In this document: piece after piece, positions 7,391 through 11,436 of the stretch | How positions within the stretch are numbered: position 1 is the stretch's first letter | How the letters are laid out: every line of letters begins with the position of its first letter | UHGV virus genome: UHGV-1406243 | Length of the DNA stretch: 11,436 nucleotides | Strand: one strand, 5' to 3' | Source: a virus | Made by a program: the position numbers and the translations under genes | Notes under the pieces: model-generated | Told to the model about the DNA's origin: nothing | The model's database searches: none | Seen by the model: only the letters and a program-made list of their open reading frames with translations

Positions 7391-7470
7391 ACGGGTCCTC
7401 CTGGCGGGGTGGGCCTGAACACGGGGCGGGAAGCGCGGAAAAAAGCGCATTTTTGTGATTTTATCGTCAT
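7388..7470 (+). other. Degenerate cos-like sequence (cosQ-like TTTACGGGTCCT, then ACGGGGCGGGAAGCGCGG in place of the lambda cosN core)
   Basis: Shares TTTACGGGTCCT and ACGGGGCGG with the cos at 9830..9900, but the 12-nt cohesive-end core is disrupted. Likely a relic or a divergent site. Confidence 0.35.
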
Positions 7471-7565
7471 CATCATCATGAGCGTAATTTATTGTTTTTA
7501 ATTGTTTTGATGCAAAAAAGATGATGGTTGTGGTTAATTTTCGTTCGACATCTTTGCAGGCAGAT

Positions 7566-7606
7566 AAAAAAGCCCGATAAGGTCAGAGGTGGCTTATCGG
7601 GCTTTT
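7566..7606. terminator. Bidirectional rho-independent terminator (10-bp perfect stem GCCCGATAAG / CTTATCGGGC, A-run upstream, T-run downstream)
   Basis: Read directly: AAAAAAGCCCGATAAGgtcagaggtggCTTATCGGGCTTTTG. Confidence 0.6.
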
Positions 7607-7683
7607 GCATATGAGGCTTTTTGGTGCACTGACACACATGAGCGGGATCATCATTTCATAATTTGCAACACAACTCAATATCA

Positions 7684-7732
7684 TTGCACAAAACGCAATC
7701 CTGATTATAATCAGAGCTGGATGAACATCCAG
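7684..7732 (+). promoter_or_regulatory. Candidate promoter of the capsid operon (-35 TTGCAC 7684..7689, 16-bp spacer, perfect -10 TATAAT 7706..7711) with a 7-bp inverted repeat CTGGATG-AA-CATCCAG (7717..7732) just downstream
   Basis: Hexamers and palindrome are read directly; the location between the upstream terminator and the RBS of the 68-aa gene fits an operator-controlled promoter. Confidence 0.45.
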
Positions 7733-7767
7733 TTATGATTTTTTAAGTCGAAGAGGAATTTCTTACT

Positions 7768-7974
7768 ATGGCTGAAGAGAAAAAAGGCGGTGTTTCGGTG
7801 TACATAAGCCCCGAAATCGTGGAGGTGCTCAAGCAGCGCCACAAAAAAAACTATGAGGCTGGCGTGGCGGCTGGACTGGATCCGCTGATGACGCCGGAGC
7901 CGTCGATAGGTTCACTTGTACGCTCTTATTTACTTGCGGCGCTTGGGATGCATAAAAATTATGGGGGTGAATAA
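7768..7974 (+). CDS. Hypothetical protein (68 aa), translationally coupled to the major capsid gene
   Basis: RBS AGAGGA upstream; its stop TAA overlaps the capsid ATG (TAATG). No recognisable similarity by eye. Confidence 0.65.
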   Translation: MAEEKKGGVSVYISPEIVEVLKQRHKKNYEAGVAAGLDPLMTPEPSIGSLVRSYLLAALGMHKNYGGE

Positions 7975-9029
7975 TGGCAGGCAAAGCAACGGCACTTAAC
8001 ACTAACCAGCTTTTCATGTACCTGAATCGCGGGGATATTGCGGATTTTAAATTCAGCCCTCTGTTTACTACGCTGTTTTTCCCGAACGTGGCGACATTCA
8101 GCACGCAAAACATCATGCTGGATACCCTGGACATTGAAGAAGTCACCATGTCGGCGTTTTGTTCGCCTATGGTGGGTAGCCAGGTTCAGCGCGATAAAGG
8201 GTACGAAACCAGCACGATTAAACCTGGCTACATGAAGCCAAAGCACGAAATCGATCCAACGAAAACCATCATGCGCATGGCTGGAGAAGATCCGGCACAG
8301 CTTAACGACCCTACCTATCGCCGTATGCGCCTGATTACTGGCAATATGCGCCGCCAGATAAACGCCATAAAAGCGCGCGTGGAATGGCTGGCGGTAAATG
8401 CGGTAACGACCGGAAAAAACATCATTGAGGGCGAAGGCATAGAGCGCTATGAAATCGACTGGAAGATACCGGAAAAAAACATCATAGAGCAGGCCGACGG
8501 GAAAAAATGGTCAGCGCAGGACAAAGAAACCCACGATCCAATCTATGATATCGAACTATACGCCGATCAGGCTGGTTGCCCCGCAAACGTCATGATTATG
8601 GGCGCTGAGGTATGGCGAACGTTACGCAGCTTTAAAAAATTCCGTGAGCTGTACGATCTTTCCCGTGGTTCAGAATCCGCCGCCGAACTGGCCTGTAAAA
8701 ACCTGGGCGAAGTGGTGAGCTTTAAAGGCTATCTTGGTGATCTGGCCCTTATCGTCTATTCCGGCAAATACACTGACAGCGATGGTACCGAAAAATATTT
8801 CCTTGAGCCTGATTTGCTGGTCCTAGGTAACACCAACAATAAAGGGCTGGTGGCCTATGGTGCGATAATGGATCAGGAAGCGGTAAGAACGGGCGCAACA
8901 CAAAACATGTTTTACCCGAAAAACTGGATTGAGGACGGCGATCCGGCGATTGAGTACGTGCAGACACACAGTGCACCGCAGCCGGTACCGGCAGATATTC
9001 GCAAATTTGTTACCGTCAAAATTGGTTAA
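7974..9029 (+). CDS. Major capsid protein, phage lambda gpE family
   Basis: Multiple collinear blocks match lambda gpE as I recall it: FKFSPLFTTLFF vs FKFDPLFLRLFF; PGYMKPKHEIDP vs PGYVKPKHEVNP; EDPAQLNDPTYRRMR vs EDPQNLADPAYRRRR; RGSESAAELACKNLGEVVSFKGYLGDLALIVYSGKY vs RGSNSELETAVKDLGKAVSYKGMYGDVAIVVYSGQY; YPKNWIEDGDPAIEY..SAP vs YPKNWVTTGDPAREF..SAP. Length 351 aa vs 341 aa. Confidence 0.92.
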   Translation: MAGKATALNTNQLFMYLNRGDIADFKFSPLFTTLFFPNVATFSTQNIMLDTLDIEEVTMSAFCSPMVGSQVQRDKGYETSTIKPGYMKPKHEIDPTKTIMRMAGEDPAQLNDPTYRRMRLITGNMRRQINAIKARVEWLAVNAVTTGKNIIEGEGIERYEIDWKIPEKNIIEQADGKKWSAQDKETHDPIYDIELYADQAGCPANVMIMGAEVWRTLRSFKKFRELYDLSRGSESAAELACKNLGEVVSFKGYLGDLALIVYSGKYTDSDGTEKYFLEPDLLVLGNTNNKGLVAYGAIMDQEAVRTGATQNMFYPKNWIEDGDPAIEYVQTHSAPQPVPADIRKFVTVKIG

Positions 9030-9041
9030 CGGGGGGATTCT

Positions 9042-9377
9042 ATGGACACTCCATACATTGAGTTATTTGCAGGCAGTCAGCGGGTCGCCACGACGCTGGT
9101 ACATTTTGCCGCTGATGCTGGCGTTATTCAGGAATTTACCCCGCTGATGCTGGCAGACAATGGCGAGTTTAAGCCGTGGGATGGTCAGGAATCTGGCAAG
9201 GCTGTTTATCTGACCTCGTACCCTGTGGACACGTCAAAGCAGAAATCAGCACAGTGTTACAAGACGGGGATTTTCAATATTGCCGCCGTTAACTGGCCTG
9301 AGAGCGTCGACACCGATGCGAAAAAATGCGCCGCCTTTGCGGGTTCCGGCGTATCCGTTCAGCCGCTGGCCCGATAA
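9042..9377 (+). CDS. Head decoration protein, phage lambda gpD family
   Basis: 111 aa vs 110 aa for lambda D. Blocks TPLMLADNGEFKPWDG vs TPLMLDTSSRKLVAWDG and YKTGIFNIAAVNWPESVDTDAKKCAAFAGSGVSVQ vs [44 protein letters not shown] upstream. Confidence 0.88.
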   Translation: MDTPYIELFAGSQRVATTLVHFAADAGVIQEFTPLMLADNGEFKPWDGQESGKAVYLTSYPVDTSKQKSAQCYKTGIFNIAAVNWPESVDTDAKKCAAFAGSGVSVQPLAR

Positions 9378-9389
9378 GCAGGGGGAACG

Positions 9390-9803
9390 ATGGCAACGAA
9401 TGAAAGCGTCATGACGCTACCGCTGGCGAGTAAATTTAAAGCCGAAGCGCGGGCAATGGCTGACAGAGGTTTATCAACCTACGAGGCCGTATATCAACTC
9501 AACAAACTGGAAGAGCAGGACAAGCCGCGCGCTGATGCGATTATGGCGCTTCATGAACATAACGACTATCAGCCGCTGTTACGTGCAATGGCAAACGTGC
9601 CATGTATTAGCGTCGATAATGCTCGTGAAATCCTGAACATGACCATAGAGCAGGAGCGCCCAAAGGTTGCGCCGGAGCTTACCGCAGCCTTTGAAAACTT
9701 TATGGACATGCACAGCCCGAAAGCCGTATCACCCGGCATGGCATACGACGGCAGAAACCAGGGCGATGAAGGCGACGTCGATCGCATACTGAAAACCATC
9801 TGA
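9390..9803 (+). CDS. Hypothetical protein (137 aa), last gene of the capsid module
   Basis: RBS GGGGG upstream; followed by a terminator. No recognisable motif by eye. Confidence 0.7.
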   Translation: MATNESVMTLPLASKFKAEARAMADRGLSTYEAVYQLNKLEEQDKPRADAIMALHEHNDYQPLLRAMANVPCISVDNAREILNMTIEQERPKVAPELTAAFENFMDMHSPKAVSPGMAYDGRNQGDEGDVDRILKTI

Positions 9804-9809
9804 CATAAG

Positions 9810-9832
9810 GCCGGAGAAATCCGGCTTTTTTT
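9810..9832 (+). terminator. Rho-independent terminator (GCCGGA-gaaa-TCCGGC + TTTTTTT), abutting the cosQ-like sequence
   Basis: Read directly; near-identical to the terminator at 7369..7390. Confidence 0.6.
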
Positions 9833-9912
9833 ACGGGTCCTTTCCGGCATATGGACCCGTTACGGGGCGGCGACCTCGCGGGTTTTCGCTATTTATGACG
9901 TTTTTCCGTGAA
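9830..9912 (+). other. Lambda-type cos site: cosQ-like TTTACGGGTCCTTTCCGG, cosN with the 12-nt cohesive-end sequence GGGCGGCGACCT (9864..9875), and a proximal cosB with one R3-like element
   Basis: 40 contiguous bases at 9858..9897 (GTTACGGGGCGGCGACCTCGCGGGTTTTCGCTATTTATGA) match the junction of the lambda right and left ends as I recall it, and TTTACGGGTCCTTTCCGG matches the lambda right-end sequence. It lies about 90 bp upstream of the Nu1-like gene, as in lambda. Confidence 0.8.
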
Positions 9913-9965
9913 GGTGACACCACCACCACTTGATTAATATTTAACCATGCAGTTAAGGTAACATT

Positions 9966-10400
9966 ATGATTGATAAAGCTTGTTTTGTAAGTCAGCAGGA
10001 AATAGCTGAACATTTCAAGGTTAACAGAACCACTATTCGCGCATGGACCAAACAGGGGATGCCGTATCTTAATGCGGATCGCGGAAAGTCTGGCGGTTAT
10101 CACATCGGGCATACATTGCTTTGGTCTTCAGGTAAAAGCCGTCTTGAGACCATCAGATATCACGTAGAAACCAGTGCGCTGGAAAAAATTATGTTTGCCA
10201 GGCTGCTTTCATCTGAGCGTGACGAGTACTCCAGTGAAGAAACAGAACATCGATTTGATGAAGGTTTGCAGATTTACGGCTATTCACCGGAAGATGTGAG
10301 CAAGGCACGAAATAAAATGGCTGGCTTTCTGGCTGGGTGGCGTCATGCCATAAGCGTTCGCCGTGCCAGCATGGAGCAATCAGCCGATACAGAACAGTAA
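9966..10400 (+). CDS. Terminase small subunit homologue, lambda Nu1-like N-terminal DNA-binding domain with a divergent, shorter C-terminal part
   Basis: VSQQEIAEHFKVNRTTIRAWTKQGMPYLNADRGKSGG aligns with lambda Nu1 VNKKQLADIFGASIRTIQNWQEQGMPVLRGGGKGNEV. 144 aa vs 181 aa; I could not align the C-terminal half to Nu1. Sits directly downstream of the cos site. Confidence 0.8.
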   Translation: MIDKACFVSQQEIAEHFKVNRTTIRAWTKQGMPYLNADRGKSGGYHIGHTLLWSSGKSRLETIRYHVETSALEKIMFARLLSSERDEYSSEETEHRFDEGLQIYGYSPEDVSKARNKMAGFLAGWRHAISVRRASMEQSADTEQ

Positions 10401-10453
10401 AGCCGATAACTTGTTAATCACTCGCAGCAATGCATGTGATTTGTGCACACTTT

Positions 10454-10568
10454 CGGTTAACTGGTTCGATGTCCGGTTTTAGTGTCTGTTTTTTGCGCAT
10501 GTCCGGTTCATGGAAAGCATGTTTTTATATTTTTCATATGGTTAACTTGCAGAGAAACCGGACATGGA
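10454..10568 (-). repeat. cosB-like repeat set belonging to the inverted cos: three ATGTCCGGTT elements (10470..10479 and 10499..10508 direct, 10557..10566 inverted) separated by an AT-rich stretch (10520..10545), plus a GGTTAAC duplication
   Basis: Repeats are read directly. Their spacing from the inverted cosN (about 40, 100 and 135 bp) and the AT-rich spacer resemble the lambda R3-I1-R2-R1 layout, but with a different R sequence (TCCGGTT vs lambda CGTTTCC). Confidence 0.45.
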
Positions 10569-10570
10569 TC

Positions 10571-10654
10571 CCGAAAAATTTTCATAAATAGTGAAAACGC
10601 GCGAGGTCGCCGCCCCGTAACGGGCCATAATTCCAGGAAGGACCCGACGACACC
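10571..10654 (-). other. Second lambda-type cos site in inverted orientation (reverse complement of cosN AGGTCGCCGCCC at 10604..10615, with cosQ-like and proximal cosB flanks)
   Basis: The reverse complement of 10571..10654 reads GGTCCTTCCTGG..GTTACGGGGCGGCGACCTCGCGCGTTTTCACTATTTATGAAAATTTTTCGG, matching the lambda cos junction on both sides of cosN. It is an inverted copy of the cos at 9830..9912. Confidence 0.75.
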
Positions 10655-10679
10655 AGACTATCAGAGCGATGGGGGCACA

Positions 10680-10961
10680 ATGACAGAAGCCGAACTACTG
10701 GGATTAATCCGCCGCGTTACCGGAATCAGCCAGCAGCATGACGAACAGGCCACGCAGCCGGACAGCGTGACCGCCGAAAATTACGCGCGTGTGGTTGCTG
10801 AGGTGATGCGCCGTGATGGTATCCAGCTTAATGATGTGGATATGCGCAACATACGGATCCGCGTTCTTGAAATGCTGGCCTACAATCGCCGCGTGGCACT
10901 GTATCGGGAAACGGAGAAAATTACGTACCACTGGAAGAAGCCGGAGCGGTTACGGCGTTAA
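10680..10961 (+). CDS. Hypothetical protein (93 aa)
   Basis: ATG 10680 follows GGGGG by about 5 nt. It is in frame with the 159-aa ORF in the track, whose upstream extension runs through the inverted cos site and is unlikely to be coding. Confidence 0.55.
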   Translation: MTEAELLGLIRRVTGISQQHDEQATQPDSVTAENYARVVAEVMRRDGIQLNDVDMRNIRIRVLEMLAYNRRVALYRETEKITYHWKKPERLRR

Positions 10962-10967
10962 CGAGTA

Positions 10968-11012
10968 GCGACATACCGTGACGGAGAGTGACAACCAGTG
11001 ACACGCCGTGAC
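10968..11012 (+). repeat. Phased array of GTGAC pentamers at exact 10-bp spacing (10978, 10988, 10998, 11008, plus GCGAC at 10968)
   Basis: Read directly: aGCGACataccGTGACggagaGTGACaaccaGTGACacgccGTGACaaaag. Further GTGACC / GGTCAT motifs and the near-palindrome TGGTCATAATGACCA (11122..11136) follow downstream. Confidence 0.6.
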
Positions 11013-11298
11013 AAAAGACGGTTTAACCGTTAATTAAAAATTGACGGGATTTTGTGCTTTCCGGACGACGTGACCAACGTCATTTTTTAGCGAAAAGTTC
11101 TGATTAAGGTCATTGTCTGAATGGTCATAATGACCACTCCTACAAAACAGGTAAAGCCCACCAGCCTGATTAACAGTTAACCGGAAAAAAAATCCGGTAG
11201 CCCCGTTATGGGGATCCCCATATCAACATTAACGCCCCTCATGAATTAGCGCGCTTCCCCCTGGAAAGATGACCCGCCTGTATATTTCTTGTGTCTAT

Positions 11299-11355
11299 TT
11301 GTTCCACGTTGTTTCATACAGTGCACCGAACGGTGTAGTCACTGGTGTAGTCATT
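11299..11355. repeat. attR-side arm region: TTGTTCCACGTTGTTTCA followed by tandem 12-mers GGTGTAGTCACT / GGTGTAGTCATT (11332..11355); direct copy of 96..161
   Basis: CGGTGTAGTCACTGGTGTAGTCA is read at 11331..11353, identical to 137..159. Confidence 0.5.
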
Positions 11356-11427
11356 TTGCGATTTATGGCACTTTTTGTAGTGCAAATCATTTAATTAAAT
11401 CAATGCGTTAAGTGAAATTAGTTATAT

Positions 11428-11436
11428 ATAACAGCA
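11428..11436. repeat. 9-bp direct repeat ATAACAGCA, partner of 1..9
   Basis: Exact match to positions 1..9 at the opposite window edge. Confidence 0.3.

Larger units (their letters stand above)
1..11436. mobile_element. Integrated phage satellite / PICI-like element (int, alpA, regulatory switch, primase and ori, ssb, capsid module, cos and terS), apparently complete in the window
   Basis: Gene content and order are typical of satellites: integrase at one end, AlpA, P4 alpha-like primase followed by iterons, cos site and small terminase, with no portal, large terminase, tail or lysis genes. Related arm-type repeats occur at both ends (96..161 and 11299..11355). Confidence 0.75.

Noticed and set aside
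7279-7479. 66-aa minus-strand ORF starting with MMMMTIKS over the ssb 3' end and the degenerate cos-like region
   Set aside because: It overlaps the SSB C-terminus and a terminator/cos-like site, and the run of ATG codons is just the complement of the CATCATCATCAT repeat.
7829-8246. Minus-strand and alternative-frame ORFs (7829..8149, 7959..8246, 8038..8235) inside the major capsid gene
   Set aside because: They overlap a gene with strong collinear similarity to lambda gpE and have no independent support.
9831-10112. 93-aa minus-strand ORF that shares a peptide (INSENPRGRRPVTG) with the N-terminus of the 159-aa ORF at 10482
   Set aside because: The shared peptide is a by-product of translating the two inverted cos copies in equivalent frames. 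The region is a DNA site, and the real downstream gene most likely starts at 10680.
1-11436. Recognisable defence system, toxin-antitoxin pair, tRNA or rRNA gene
   Set aside because: I looked for nuclease, methyltransferase, large ATPase and toxin-like motifs and for tRNA-like cloverleaf sequence at the ends and found none by eye. The small unknown ORFs at 2606..4166, 9390..9803 and 10680..10961 cannot be assigned without profile searches.

Overview
The window reads as one integrated phage satellite or phage-inducible chromosomal island, about 11.4 kb, from an enterobacterial-type genome. Left to right: attL-side arm repeats; a P4-type tyrosine integrase; an AlpA-like excisionase/regulator; a divergent regulatory switch (an unlisted 59-aa ribbon-helix-helix gene on the minus strand plus three operator palindromes); six small overlapping ORFs; a P4 alpha-like primase/helicase; an iteron-rich putative origin sitting inside a perfect 449-bp tandem duplication; a small ORF and an SSB; a capsid module (68-aa ORF, lambda gpE-like major capsid protein, lambda gpD-like decoration protein, 137-aa ORF); a lambda-type cos site; a Nu1-like small terminase; a second cos site in inverted orientation with its own cosB-like repeats; a 93-aa ORF; a phased GTGAC array; and attR-side arm repeats. 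No portal, protease, large terminase, tail or lysis genes, and no tRNA, rRNA or CRISPR were found. The most interesting signals are the self-encoded lambda-like capsid genes in a satellite backbone and the convergent pair of cos sites flanking the small-terminase gene. All homology calls are from reading the translations and from my recollection of lambda sequences; no database search was run.
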